Assembly: GCA_963422205.2 (NCBI GenBank)
Contig: CAXMWX010000011.1
Span: 132,686 to 196,685 of the forward strand
Reading direction: 5' to 3'
Length of the DNA: 64,000 nucleotides
Source: Gammaproteobacteria bacterium
GTDB lineage: Bacteria > Pseudomonadota > Gammaproteobacteria > Eutrophobiales > Eutrophobiaceae
Shown in pieces: positions 10,405 to 21,004 of the stretch (positions are counted from its first letter, which is position 1; each line of letters opens with the position of its first letter). The notes beneath the pieces are model-generated. The model saw nothing but the letters and a program-made list of their open reading frames with translations, did no database searches and was not told the DNA's origin. The position numbers were made by a program, and so were the translations under genes.

Positions 10405-10899
10405 TTATTGATCCTGGCAACGTTGACAATAGGCGAGTATCCCCGGGCAGGCCTGCTCAATCATATCCAGCACGGCCACAAAACCCTCAGCCCCGCCGTA
10501 GTAAGGATCAGGCACCGAGGGGGCACCATCATTGCCCTGCTGGCCGGGCAGGAAGCTCCCCAGCAGGCGAATATGCGCTTTTGTGCCGCCAGCCATCGCT
10601 TCCAGATAGCGCAGATTATCGGTATCCATCGCCACCACCAGATCAAACGTCCTGACATCGTCCCGCATGACCTGTCGGGCGATTGAATCCAGGGTATACC
10701 CCCGGGCCGAGGCCGCCTCCTGCATGCGGTGATCTGCCGGGGCGCCGCAATGGTAGTCTGTCGTACCGGCAGAATCGATTCGGATCTGATCAGTGAGATG
10801 GCGCTCGGCGATATAGTGCTTGAAGATCCCCTCGCCTGCGGGCGAGCGGCAGATATTGCCCATACAGACAAACAACACGGCGATAGGATTCTCTGCCAT
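10405..10899 (-). CDS. Low molecular weight protein-tyrosine phosphatase family
   Basis: FVCMGNICRSP P-loop, VPDPYYGG. Confidence 0.94.
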   Translation of the reverse strand: MAENPIAVLFVCMGNICRSPAGEGIFKHYIAERHLTDQIRIDSAGTTDYHCGAPADHRMQEAASARGYTLDSIARQVMRDDVRTFDLVVAMDTDNLRYLEAMAGGTKAHIRLLGSFLPGQQGNDGAPSVPDPYYGGAEGFVAVLDMIEQACPGILAYCQRCQDQ

Positions 10900-10966
10900 C
10901 GTGATCCCCTGATAATGCCCCTTATATGATAATCTCTAGCATGATAAAGACGATACGACTGGGGGG

Positions 10967-13282
10967 CTACTGATAGATATCTGCTGCTGCCGCCTCGGCC
11001 ACATAATACCAGCCAGTTGAGTTGAGTTTGTAGTAGGAAATAATGCGCTCACCTGCCCCCTCATCAACCAGCATCAGGCCATGCTCAGAGGTGCTGTCCC
11101 GGATACTGGCAACGACTTCCTGATAGTGATATGCCGGCAGTTCAGCCGCCGTATTGATCAAGGTGCCCACGGCATATTGCTCCGCCTTGTCTTGTGTGCT
11201 GACGACCACCCGGCCCTCGTTATCCAGCAGATAGGCCGCATGAATGTCCTGCATGGCCTCGGTGATGAGCAAATGCTCACGGATGTAATCCAGGGTCATT
11301 TCAACGGCGGCAACGCCAATGATGATGCCCTCGGTGTCGTACAGCGGTGTCGTGCAGGGTAACATCCAGCCCCGCCCGGTGACATCAATATACGGCAGGG
11401 TCCAGCCAGTTCGCCGCTGCTGCAATGCCTGCCGGTACCAGGGCCGCTGCCTCGGATCGTATACCTCTGTATAGCCCGTCCGGCCTGGGTAGTCCATCAG
11501 AAATCCTTCCTCCAGGCCCAGAAAGGTGCTGATCGGCAGACCGGCAGAGCGGATCACCTGCCGGATAGCGGCCACATCGTTTATGGGGATGTCCAGATCA
11601 TGGCTACGCACGATAAGCCGCTTGAGGGTGTGCCGTAGCGGATTGAGCCGGCGAATGACTGGCTCCGCTGCCCTCCGGGTCACGCCCGGTGCCAGCTTGT
11701 ATACCGGCCAGTCAACACTGATGGGGATGTTGTGCGCCGGCGCCGGGGTATAATCCGGAGGGGCGGTATCGGCAATCAGGTAATCCGTGTGCAGGTAATA
11801 CGGGGACGGGTCGGCATGACCATGATTCAACAAATTACTGGCAGCGGCAGCAATGCCCTCTAAAATGGCTTCATACTCCAGAAACCGGCTGTCTATGTGC
11901 TGTGCCTGGCTGCCGACTTGTCGCAGGAAATCGCTGGTATGCTCGGCGGCCAGCTGTGCCTGAATCCGATCTTTCTGGTGCATGTATAGCGTGCCTGCGG
12001 TGATAACAAAGGCAGCGATGATGCTGTAGGCAAAGATATTAAATGCCGCCACACGATGCCGGTTCATCCACCGGGCGGCTTGCTGTACGAGCGTATCCGG
12101 CTGTGCCTGAATGGCCCTACCATTTAGAAAACGCCGGATATCAGTGGCAAACTCATCCACTGTGTCATAACGATCTTCCGGCTTGAACCGGGTTGCCTTG
12201 TGGACAATCGCAATCAGCGGCCCGGGCACCTCCAGCTTGCGAGAGAAGGGAATGGGTTTTCTTATCTTGCCCTTGCGTGCCTCGCTGAGTAACAGAATAT
12301 GATTATGCCCCTTATAGGGTTTACGCAAGATAATCAATTCATAGAGAATCAGCCCCAGGGTAAATAAATCACTTCGATGATCCAGCATCTCATGTTTGCC
12401 CATCGCCTGTTCAGGCGACATATACGCCGGCGTACCCAGCATATCACCTGACTGGGTCACCCCTCCGATCTGTGCATCGTTATCATCATGTATTGACTGT
12501 TGTGCCAGTTCCGTATACGTATCGTCGCTCAGGTTGATGACCTTGGCGATCCCCCAGTCCATCACATAGACATCATTGTAGGGGCCGACCATAATATTCA
12601 ACGGCTTCAAGTCACGATGTATCACGCCTTTCCTATGGGCATAGTGCATGGCATCACAGACTTTCAGAAAATGTTGCAGCAAGGCGGCCAGATTATGCCT
12701 CTCGTCCGGCCTCCCCCATTGCCTGACTTGCTCCCTGGCATCCTCCAGCATGTCTTTCAGGGTTTTGCCATCGATCAGTTTCATGGTGTAACCGACATGA
12801 TTCTGTACCACTCTCATCCGGTAGATGGGCACGATATTGGGATGTTCCAGCTGGGCGGTGATCTGTGCCTCTTTGAAGAACCGCACCATGTAATTCGGCT
12901 CATCGGCAATATGTGAATGAATCTTCTTCAGCGCCACCGTGCGCCCCAGTTCATTATCCCTGGCCATCAGTATCTCACCCATCGCCCCATGAGCAATGGA
13001 CTGCAACACGGTAAACTCATGATCATCAAGATGGCGGGTTCGGGTAGCAAAGGACTCCTGGATATGCCCGGCACTGTGATCGGTGATACTGGTCAGATGG
13101 CTGCTCTCTATGCTTTGCACCGCCTCGTACTCATCCGGGCTGATCTGATTGCCCGCATAAAGATCATCAATGAAACCATAGACATCATCATTGCAATACT
13201 GATCCTGATACTCTGAATACAGCTTATCCAGCTTCTCACCAGGTAATGAATGGATGCTCTGTTTTATCTGTACTGGTATCAT
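10967..13282 (-). CDS. Hanks-type Ser/Thr protein kinase with TM helix and C-terminal dCache-like sensor domain
   Basis: GAMGEI, VALK, HRDLKPLN, DWGIAK, GTPAYMSPEQ; TM AAFNIFAYSIIAAFVITAGTLY; YDPRQRPWY...WTLPYID...GVAAVE. Confidence 0.9.
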   Translation of the reverse strand: MIPVQIKQSIHSLPGEKLDKLYSEYQDQYCNDDVYGFIDDLYAGNQISPDEYEAVQSIESSHLTSITDHSAGHIQESFATRTRHLDDHEFTVLQSIAHGAMGEILMARDNELGRTVALKKIHSHIADEPNYMVRFFKEAQITAQLEHPNIVPIYRMRVVQNHVGYTMKLIDGKTLKDMLEDAREQVRQWGRPDERHNLAALLQHFLKVCDAMHYAHRKGVIHRDLKPLNIMVGPYNDVYVMDWGIAKVINLSDDTYTELAQQSIHDDNDAQIGGVTQSGDMLGTPAYMSPEQAMGKHEMLDHRSDLFTLGLILYELIILRKPYKGHNHILLLSEARKGKIRKPIPFSRKLEVPGPLIAIVHKATRFKPEDRYDTVDEFATDIRRFLNGRAIQAQPDTLVQQAARWMNRHRVAAFNIFAYSIIAAFVITAGTLYMHQKDRIQAQLAAEHTSDFLRQVGSQAQHIDSRFLEYEAILEGIAAAASNLLNHGHADPSPYYLHTDYLIADTAPPDYTPAPAHNIPISVDWPVYKLAPGVTRRAAEPVIRRLNPLRHTLKRLIVRSHDLDIPINDVAAIRQVIRSAGLPISTFLGLEEGFLMDYPGRTGYTEVYDPRQRPWYRQALQQRRTGWTLPYIDVTGRGWMLPCTTPLYDTEGIIIGVAAVEMTLDYIREHLLITEAMQDIHAAYLLDNEGRVVVSTQDKAEQYAVGTLINTAAELPAYHYQEVVASIRDSTSEHGLMLVDEGAGERIISYYKLNSTGWYYVAEAAAADIYQ

Positions 13283-13486
13283 GCGCCAATCTGACCCCTA
13301 ATAACCGAACGACATAAGGCTCGCCATGAGTATAGCAAAATAGAGGATGAGATAAAATGAACACGGGCAAGCGCTGACAGGACGACACCACCGATACTGC
13401 TACAACGTGAAAGCAAGCTGATGATTGGCGCTGGCGCCGTGCTTTGATCACCCCCTTAACTCAAGCGAGGCGTATCATCTTGCCGG

Positions 13487-14104
13487 TTAATCAAGCAAGT
13501 GTTTAAGCTGTCGATAATCTTCCGGTCGATCCAGATCGTGTTTCTCATCCAGTTCAAAGCAGGATAAGCCCATGCGCTGTATCCTGTTTCTTGTTTGTGA
13601 CAAGACAGTCGCTTCACCCCAGTCTATATCAGCAAACAACGCCGCGTATGCCTCCCTCAGACCAATCAGATAATAGCCCCCATCCACTGCCGGCCCCAGC
13701 ACGACATCATAACCTGCATTCAGTTTACTCATGCCTTGAGCAAGATCGGCAGTCGTCAATGCCGGACAATCACAGCCAACAATCATCGTATTTTTATACT
13801 GCCTCAAGCTCTGCTTGCAGGCGTTTAACATCCGCTCGCCCAGGGTCATGCCCTGCTGCAAAGATAACCTGATAGCAAACTCCGCTGCCAGGGATTCCAG
13901 CAACGGGTCGGCCAGCGTGGGCGTTGCCCAAAGATAGCTGTCCCATTCATCAGAGGCAGTCGCCGTTGCGATAGTCTTGTGCAGTAATTTCTGATAAATA
14001 CACCGGGTTTGCTGCTCGCCGTATGCCGCCAGCAAGCGGGTTTTCACCCGCCCTGATAACGGCGTTTTGGTAAACAGTAAAACCGCCGTGCAAGGCTCAG
14101 TCAT
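13487..14104 (-). CDS. TIGR04282-type (DUF2064, CofC-like) transferase
   Basis: FTKTPLSGRVKTRL, QQGMTLGERM, GCDCP, LGPAVDGGYYLIG, DLDRPED; start overlaps the upstream stop (ATGACTGA). Confidence 0.88.
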   Translation of the reverse strand: MTEPCTAVLLFTKTPLSGRVKTRLLAAYGEQQTRCIYQKLLHKTIATATASDEWDSYLWATPTLADPLLESLAAEFAIRLSLQQGMTLGERMLNACKQSLRQYKNTMIVGCDCPALTTADLAQGMSKLNAGYDVVLGPAVDGGYYLIGLREAYAALFADIDWGEATVLSQTRNRIQRMGLSCFELDEKHDLDRPEDYRQLKHLLD

Positions 14105-14768
14105 ATTGCCTGGCAAGTGCTGCCGGGTCCCGGCCCAAATACCAGGCTAATCGTAACCACCACATATTCAGTATGGTGCGGAATATCCCTCTCTCCTCCC
14201 AGCGGCGGCTGGAGGTGATCACCGGCTGCCGGATGATGGCCGGACGTTGCAAGGCACGTAACCGTCGGCACAGATCAATATCCTCCATTAACGCAATCTC
14301 CGCATAACCATGCAATGCGAGAAAGGTTGCCCGGCGTACAAACAGGCATTGATCACCGGTCGCCACAGCGGTCAAAAAACTGCGGCAGTTCATGCCGGCC
14401 TCAATCAGGCGAAATACACAATGCTGACCGGATAATCGGACAAGGAAAAATCCCCAGACTGAACGCTGTAATGCCGCCAGCAGCAGCTGATCAAAATCAT
14501 CAACCAGCAAGGTATCGGCATGCAGAAACAGCAGGGCATCGCCATCCGCAATGGCGGCACCGGCATTCATCTGCACTGCCCGACCTTGAGGGGCGGTAAT
14601 GATTTTATCTGCACAGGCTGTAAACATATCGACACTGTTATCTTCACTGCCGCCATCAACCACGATCACCTCATGCCCGTGCTGACGTGCAGCTTGCAGG
14701 CCCGGCAGGATACCGGCGGCCTGATCTGCCTCGTTCAATACCGGTATGATAATGGACAGCGTGTGCAT
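14097..14768 (-). CDS. TIGR04283-type GT2 glycosyltransferase
   Basis: SIIIPVLNE, VDGGSED, GRAVQMNAGA, FLHAD, GDQCLF, LMED, TSSRRW. Confidence 0.88.
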   Translation of the reverse strand: MHTLSIIIPVLNEADQAAGILPGLQAARQHGHEVIVVDGGSEDNSVDMFTACADKIITAPQGRAVQMNAGAAIADGDALLFLHADTLLVDDFDQLLLAALQRSVWGFFLVRLSGQHCVFRLIEAGMNCRSFLTAVATGDQCLFVRRATFLALHGYAEIALMEDIDLCRRLRALQRPAIIRQPVITSSRRWEERGIFRTILNMWWLRLAWYLGRDPAALARQYD

Positions 14769-14793
14769 CTGACAGGCAAACAGGCTCGCTGTA

Positions 14794-15588
14794 TCACACC
14801 GCCACCGGTGCCGCTATGGCGGCGTGTGATTGATAATTCTGCAAGGCAAAATCATCATAGCCAAAAGCAAAGAGATCGCCTATATCGGGGTTTATCTGCA
14901 TGACCGGCAGCGGATAGGGCTTACGCCCAAGCTGCTCATCAGCCTGTGGCAGATGATTGACATACAGATGCACATCGCCCGAGGTATGGATCAATTCACC
15001 CGCCCGCAAGCCGGTGACCTGTGCCATCATCAGGGTCAGCAAGGCATAAGAGGCGATATTAAATGGCAGCCCCAGAAACACATCCACACTGCGTTGATAT
15101 AACTGACAAGATAACGCACCGCCCGCAACATAGAACTGAAACAGCACATGACAGGGCGGCAGTGCCATCCTGGCCAGCTCGCCCACATTCCAGGCACTGA
15201 CTAGCAGCCGCCGGGAGTTTGGTTTGGTCTTTATCTCGGCAATGACATCGGCGATTTGATCCACCGTTGTGCCATCGGCCGTGCGCCATGAACGCCACTG
15301 CGCCCCGTAGATTGGGCCGAGATCGCCCGCCGCATCCGCCCATTCATCCCAGATAGTCACGCCGTTATCTCGCAGATAGCCCACATTTGAACTGCCGTTA
15401 AGGAACCACAACAACTCGTGAATGACCGACTTGACATGCACTTTTTTTGTCGTCACCACAGGAAACCCGGCTGCCAGGTTAAAACGCATTTGATGGCCGA
15501 ACACGCTCAAGGTACCCGTACCGGTGCGATCCATTTTTCGGCTGCCATGCTGGCGAACGTGCTCAAGTAATTGCAGGTATTGTTGCAT
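14794..15588 (-). CDS. thyA: Thymidylate synthase
   Basis: [28 protein letters not shown]; 264 aa from MQQYL. Confidence 0.97.
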   Translation of the reverse strand: MQQYLQLLEHVRQHGSRKMDRTGTGTLSVFGHQMRFNLAAGFPVVTTKKVHVKSVIHELLWFLNGSSNVGYLRDNGVTIWDEWADAAGDLGPIYGAQWRSWRTADGTTVDQIADVIAEIKTKPNSRRLLVSAWNVGELARMALPPCHVLFQFYVAGGALSCQLYQRSVDVFLGLPFNIASYALLTLMMAQVTGLRAGELIHTSGDVHLYVNHLPQADEQLGRKPYPLPVMQINPDIGDLFAFGYDDFALQNYQSHAAIAAPVAV

Positions 15589-15646
15589 TCGGCAAGGCGT
15601 TCCGTGTGTTAGACGGCTGGCATCATAATCTGTTTGACGGCAGGGT

Positions 15647-16438
15647 TTAATCGATTTTTGCCGGGCGCCGGTAAGCACACCACAACAGCCCGGCCCCCAG
15701 CAGGATCATCGGGATACAGAGCAGTTGCCCACGGGTCATCCAGTGTGCAATCAGGCCGGTCAAGTGGCTGTCCGGTGCACGCACAAACTCAACCAGAAAT
15801 CTGACTGTACCATAACCGAGCAAAAACACGCCGGACACCGACATGGCCGGCCGGGGCCTGGCGCTGAACCACCACAGCAAAACAAACAGTCCAATGCCCT
15901 CCAGCATCGCTTCATAGAGTTGTGATGGATGACGGGCGATGTTACCGGCATTCGGGAACACCATGCCCCAGGGCAGATCCGTTGGTCGCCCCCACAATTC
16001 TGCATTGATAAAATTCCCCAGCCGACCGGTAAACAAGCCCACAGGCACGACCGGGGCGAGATAATCAGCAACAGCGAAAAACGGCTTCTGCTCACGGTAA
16101 GCGACATACCCGATGGCAACCACCACCCCAAGCAGCCCGCCATGAAACGACATCCCGCCCTGCCACAGCTTGATCATATCCAGCGGGTTATCCAGATAAT
16201 ACGGCAGATGATAGAACACCACCGAGCCCAGGCGCCCGCCAACCAGGATGCCGATGGTAGAATAGAAAATCAGATCCGCCACCTGCCCGGCCGTCCAGCC
16301 GCTGCCCGCTGCACTGGTGCGCCAATGCAGCAACCACCAGGCGGAAAAAATACCCACCACATAGCTGATGCCGTACCAGTGAATTTTAACCGGCCCTAAC
16401 TCAAAGGCGACCGGATCGATGCCCGGAAAAGTCAACAC
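15647..16438 (-). CDS. lgt: Prolipoprotein diacylglyceryl transferase
   Basis: [35 protein letters not shown]. Confidence 0.97.
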   Translation of the reverse strand: MLTFPGIDPVAFELGPVKIHWYGISYVVGIFSAWWLLHWRTSAAGSGWTAGQVADLIFYSTIGILVGGRLGSVVFYHLPYYLDNPLDMIKLWQGGMSFHGGLLGVVVAIGYVAYREQKPFFAVADYLAPVVPVGLFTGRLGNFINAELWGRPTDLPWGMVFPNAGNIARHPSQLYEAMLEGIGLFVLLWWFSARPRPAMSVSGVFLLGYGTVRFLVEFVRAPDSHLTGLIAHWMTRGQLLCIPMILLGAGLLWCAYRRPAKID

Positions 16439-16672
16439 AGGAACGTCAACATGCCAACGTCAACATGCCCACAGGAGATGCCCCGGCAGGCGGGCGGGCG
16501 AATAGTATCTACAACACATCAGCGTATGTCTGATAACAGCCTCCGGGTAGCCCCTCATCTGGCGCATCAGCCTGCCCCTGTCAACAGGCTGGACGCATGA
16601 TGAATGATACCCGGCTTTTTCTCAAGATTAAGCGCAAAAAAGCCGGTATAGTACACCGCTGAAGAAAGCACC

Positions 16673-18769
16673 ATGGCAGCACTTAACCGAAGACAAAACC
16701 GGCTCGCCGCCGAGACCAGCCCCTACCTGCAACAACACGCCGACAATCCGGTCGACTGGTATCCCTGGGGCGAGGAGGCCCTGGCCAGGGCGAGGGATGA
16801 GGACAGGCCCATCCTGTTATCCATCGGCTATTCCGCCTGCCACTGGTGTCATGTCATGGCGCATGAATCCTTTGCCGATGAGGCCACCGCCACATTGATG
16901 AACCGCTATTTCGTCAATATCAAGGTTGACCGGGAAGAACGGCCGGATATTGACAAAATCTACCAAAGCGCCCAGCACCTGCTGACCGGCCGGACCGGCG
17001 GCTGGCCGTTGACCATGTTCCTGACACCAGCCGATCAGGTGCCGTTCTTCGGCGGCACCTATTTTCCACCGACACCACGCCATGGCCTGCCCGGCTTTGG
17101 CGAATTGCTCAACCGCATTCATGCCCTCTATGATAACCGGCGGGACGATATCAGCGAGCAGAATGCCGCCTTCCTGACGGCACTGGCACAATCATCACCC
17201 GCCCTCAAGGCATCAGAGCAGACTGTGCCAGACCTCGCGCCCGTGGTGGCGTGCATTGAAAAATTGCAGGGCGCCTTTGACCGGCAGCATGGGGGCTTCG
17301 GTGCAGCACCGAAATTCCCCCACCCCAGCAACCTGACGCTGCTGCTGCAATGCCAACGGCTGAAGCTGGCCGAACAAACCAGACAAACCGCACGGACGAT
17401 GTGCCTGCTCACGCTGGAGAGAATGGCGGCAGGCGGCATCTACGATCACCTGGCGGGCGGCTTTTGTCGTTACGCCGTTGATGCCGCCTGGCAGATCCCC
17501 CATTTTGAAAAAATGTTATACGACAACGGGCCGCTGCTCGCCCTGTATGCCGAGGCCAGCCAGCTTGACCCGAACAACCCGGTGTTTGCAGCCGTTGTCC
17601 GGGAGACAGCCGCCTGGGTACAGCAAGACATGCAGGCCGAACAAGGCGGCTATTATTCCTCGCTGGATGCGGACTCAGAAGGCGAGGAAGGCCGGTTTTA
17701 TGTCTGGGACAGGCAGGAGCTCGCCAGCTTGCTGGATGCACAGCAATTTGCCCTGTTCAGCCAGCGTTACGGCCTTGATCGCCGTCCGAATTTTGAAGGC
17801 AAATGGCATCTTTACGCCAGCAAAACAATCGCCGAGGTGGCCAGCGGGCAAGACCTCACGCCAGAGAGTACGCACAAGGCCCTCGCCCAGGCCCGACAGA
17901 CCGTGCTGAAGCATCGCTCACAACGGCCCCGGCCGGGACGTGATGAGAAGATCCTCACCGCCTGGAATGCCATGATGATCACAGGTATGGCCATCGCCGC
18001 ACGCCAGTGCGTCCATGAGTCTACCAGGGACAGCTACCTGCACTCAGCAGAGGCGGCCCTGGCATTCATCCATGAGACGCTCTGGCAGAACCAGCGCCTG
18101 CTGGCGACCTGCAAAGATGGCACCGCCCACTTAAACGCCTATCTGGATGACTACGCCTTCACGATAGAGGCCATCCTGGCCGTGTTGGCCGTGCGCTGGA
18201 ATACCCGTTGGCTGAACTTTGCCATCGCCCTGGCCGAGGTGCTGCTGGCACAGTTCCATGCTCAGGAGAACGGCGGGTTTTTCTTCACCTCGCACGACCA
18301 CGAGCGCCTGTTGCAACGCCGCAAGGACTTTATGGACGATGCCCTGCCCGCCGGCAACGGCATCGCCGCACTGGGGCTGCTGCGGTTGGCACACCTGACG
18401 GGCAACCCGGCCTACATGCAGGCGGCTGAGAAGACGATAGCCGCCGCCAGCCCTCTCCTGCAACGGGCACCAGCGGCCTGCACCGCCATGGTGTGTGCGC
18501 TGATCGAATTTCACCGCCCGCTCGCCTCGGTGATCATTCGCGCCGATGAGGCAACGCAGCAGACATGGTGGCAGGCCATCTACGCACACGGCGGCCTGCA
18601 CGTGCAATGTTACGCCATTCCTGCTGACAGCCCGCCACTGCCCGGTCTACTGGCCGAAAAACAGGCGCTGCATGACCAGCCCACGGCCTATATCTGCACC
18701 GGCTTCACCTGCCTGGCACCAGCGCATGATCTCAACAGCATTTTAACCGCCTTGGACAGCCTGAATTAA
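16673..18769 (+). CDS. Thioredoxin-domain protein YyaL/SSP411 (DUF255)
   Basis: [40 protein letters not shown]. Confidence 0.92.
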   Translation: MAALNRRQNRLAAETSPYLQQHADNPVDWYPWGEEALARARDEDRPILLSIGYSACHWCHVMAHESFADEATATLMNRYFVNIKVDREERPDIDKIYQSAQHLLTGRTGGWPLTMFLTPADQVPFFGGTYFPPTPRHGLPGFGELLNRIHALYDNRRDDISEQNAAFLTALAQSSPALKASEQTVPDLAPVVACIEKLQGAFDRQHGGFGAAPKFPHPSNLTLLLQCQRLKLAEQTRQTARTMCLLTLERMAAGGIYDHLAGGFCRYAVDAAWQIPHFEKMLYDNGPLLALYAEASQLDPNNPVFAAVVRETAAWVQQDMQAEQGGYYSSLDADSEGEEGRFYVWDRQELASLLDAQQFALFSQRYGLDRRPNFEGKWHLYASKTIAEVASGQDLTPESTHKALAQARQTVLKHRSQRPRPGRDEKILTAWNAMMITGMAIAARQCVHESTRDSYLHSAEAALAFIHETLWQNQRLLATCKDGTAHLNAYLDDYAFTIEAILAVLAVRWNTRWLNFAIALAEVLLAQFHAQENGGFFFTSHDHERLLQRRKDFMDDALPAGNGIAALGLLRLAHLTGNPAYMQAAEKTIAAASPLLQRAPAACTAMVCALIEFHRPLASVIIRADEATQQTWWQAIYAHGGLHVQCYAIPADSPPLPGLLAEKQALHDQPTAYICTGFTCLAPAHDLNSILTALDSLN

Positions 18770-18902
18770 CGATGTCATAATGCCCGCCCATTCGGACAGG
18801 CTCGCTGCTGATGCAAGCAAACGATAACGATGCAAACACATCGACATATCAACACAGCGCCTTACGAGCCTGCTTTTCAATATTCATCGTTGGGGAAGCT
18901 AA

Positions 18903-20711
18903 ATGAATAGTGATAACACCGGTTTATCCCAGTGGGTGGACGACTTCGCCGAGTTATGCCGTCCTGAGACCATCATCTGGTGTGATGGCAGCCGCCAGGA
19001 GCACGATCAGGTCTGCGCTCTGCTGCTGCAAACCGGCGCGGCAAAACGGCTCAACCCGGCGCTGCGCCCGAACAGCTATCTGGTGTGGTCTGATCCGGCG
19101 GATGTTGCCCGGGTGGAAGATCGCACGTTTATCTGCTCTGAAGATCAGGCTGATGCCGGCCCGACCAACAACTGGCAGGCGCCGGCGGCCATGCGGGAGA
19201 CACTGCGTGGTCTGTTTACCGGCTGTATGCAGGGGCGCACCCTGTATGTGATCCCGTTCAGCATGGGGCCGATAGGCTCGCCCGGCGCCCATATCGGCGT
19301 ACAGCTGACCGACTCCCCCTATGTGGTCGCCAGTATGCACATCATGACCCGGGTCGGCAGCGAGGTATTGGAAGTATTGGGGAAAAGCACAGATTACGTC
19401 CCCTGCGTGCATTCGGTGGGTATGCCGCTGACCCGGGGCGTCAGCGATGTTCCCTGGCCCTGCAACAGCGCTAACCGCTACATCGTCCATTTCCCGGAAA
19501 CCCGTGAGATCTGGTCGTTTGGCTCCGGCTATGGGGGCAATGCGCTGCTGGGCAAAAAATGCTTTGCCCTGCGTATCGCCTCGGTCATGGCCAGAGATCA
19601 GGGCTGGCTGGCCGAGCACATGCTGATCCTGAAGATCACCAGCCCTGAGGGCAGTTCACGTTATCTTGCGGCCGCCTTCCCCAGCGCCTGTGGCAAGACC
19701 AACCTGGCCATGCTGACCCCGACCATGCCCGGCTGGCAAGTTGAGACCATCGGCGATGATATTTGCTGGATGAGGTTCGGCACAGACGGCCGGCTGTATG
19801 CCATCAATCCCGAGGCGGGCTTCTTCGGGGTGGCGCCCGGTACCGGTGCCAAGACCAACCACAATGCCATGCAGACCCTGACGAAAAACGGCATCTTCAC
19901 CAACGTGGCCGAGACGCCGGAGGGCGATGTCTGGTGGGAAGGCATGACCGCCGAGACACCGGCACAGCTTATCGACTGGCGGGGCAGGCCATGGACGCCG
20001 ACGGCCGACACCCCGGCGGCGCACCCCAACGCCCGCTTTACCGTCCCGGCCAGCCAGTGTCCGGTCATCGCTGAGGAGTGGGACAGCCCACAGGGCGTCC
20101 CTATCAGTGCGATCCTCTTTGGCGGTCGGCGTGCCAGTGTTGTGCCGCTGGTCAATGAGGCCAGAGATTGGCGCCAGGGGGTGTTCTTTGGCTCCATCAT
20201 CGCCTCTGAAAAAACGGCCGCCGCCACCGGCAGGATCGGCCAGCTACGCCGTGACCCCATGGCCATGCTGCCTTTTTGCGGCTACAACATGGCCGACTAC
20301 TGGCAGCACTGGCTGGACATGGGGGCTAAACCGGGCGCCAGGCTGCCTAAAATCTACTATGTCAACTGGTTCCGCAAAGATACCGCGGGCAACTTTATGT
20401 GGCCGGGTTTTGGCGAGAACAGCCGGGTATTGAAATGGATTTTTCAGCGCTGTGAAGGCACTGCCGAGGCCATTGACACCCCCATCGGTAACCTGCCTGA
20501 GATTGATGCGCTGGACTTTACCGATCTTGCTGCCGTTGATGAGGCCAGTATTGCCGACTTGCTGAGAGTGGACATGGATGGCTGGCTGGAAGAAATCCCC
20601 CTGATCAGGCAGTATTATGCACAGTTCGGCGATAAGGTGCCGGCTGTATTGCAGCAAGAGGTAGAGGCGCTTGAAACCCGGCTGCTGAGTGCCAAGCAGG
20701 CGGCCGCCTGA
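18903..20711 (+). CDS. pckG: Phosphoenolpyruvate carboxykinase (GTP)
   Basis: [48 protein letters not shown]. Confidence 0.96.
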   Translation: MNSDNTGLSQWVDDFAELCRPETIIWCDGSRQEHDQVCALLLQTGAAKRLNPALRPNSYLVWSDPADVARVEDRTFICSEDQADAGPTNNWQAPAAMRETLRGLFTGCMQGRTLYVIPFSMGPIGSPGAHIGVQLTDSPYVVASMHIMTRVGSEVLEVLGKSTDYVPCVHSVGMPLTRGVSDVPWPCNSANRYIVHFPETREIWSFGSGYGGNALLGKKCFALRIASVMARDQGWLAEHMLILKITSPEGSSRYLAAAFPSACGKTNLAMLTPTMPGWQVETIGDDICWMRFGTDGRLYAINPEAGFFGVAPGTGAKTNHNAMQTLTKNGIFTNVAETPEGDVWWEGMTAETPAQLIDWRGRPWTPTADTPAAHPNARFTVPASQCPVIAEEWDSPQGVPISAILFGGRRASVVPLVNEARDWRQGVFFGSIIASEKTAAATGRIGQLRRDPMAMLPFCGYNMADYWQHWLDMGAKPGARLPKIYYVNWFRKDTAGNFMWPGFGENSRVLKWIFQRCEGTAEAIDTPIGNLPEIDALDFTDLAAVDEASIADLLRVDMDGWLEEIPLIRQYYAQFGDKVPAVLQQEVEALETRLLSAKQAAA

Positions 20712-21004
20712 TCCTGGCGCTGTCCCAAAGGCGATATTTCTGACGGGGATATTTCTGACAGGCCCATCGTCATGCCAGTCGGGGTGATCAGCCGGTGGCA
20801 CGATGGCGCACGATAAGGATGGCTGCACGCCGCCCGTGGTCGGTGGTCGGCAGTCGGCTGGACCCGCTGCAACATCCGCATGATAAGGCCAGCGGGGGGT
20901 GAGCGGATATGAAGCCAGCCGGGTTTTACGCCGGTTCGCTGCGATGCTGTACCCATTCCATCCAGTCCATCAGAGGCCGGGCGTCTTGTGATGCCGGGAT
21001 GCGG

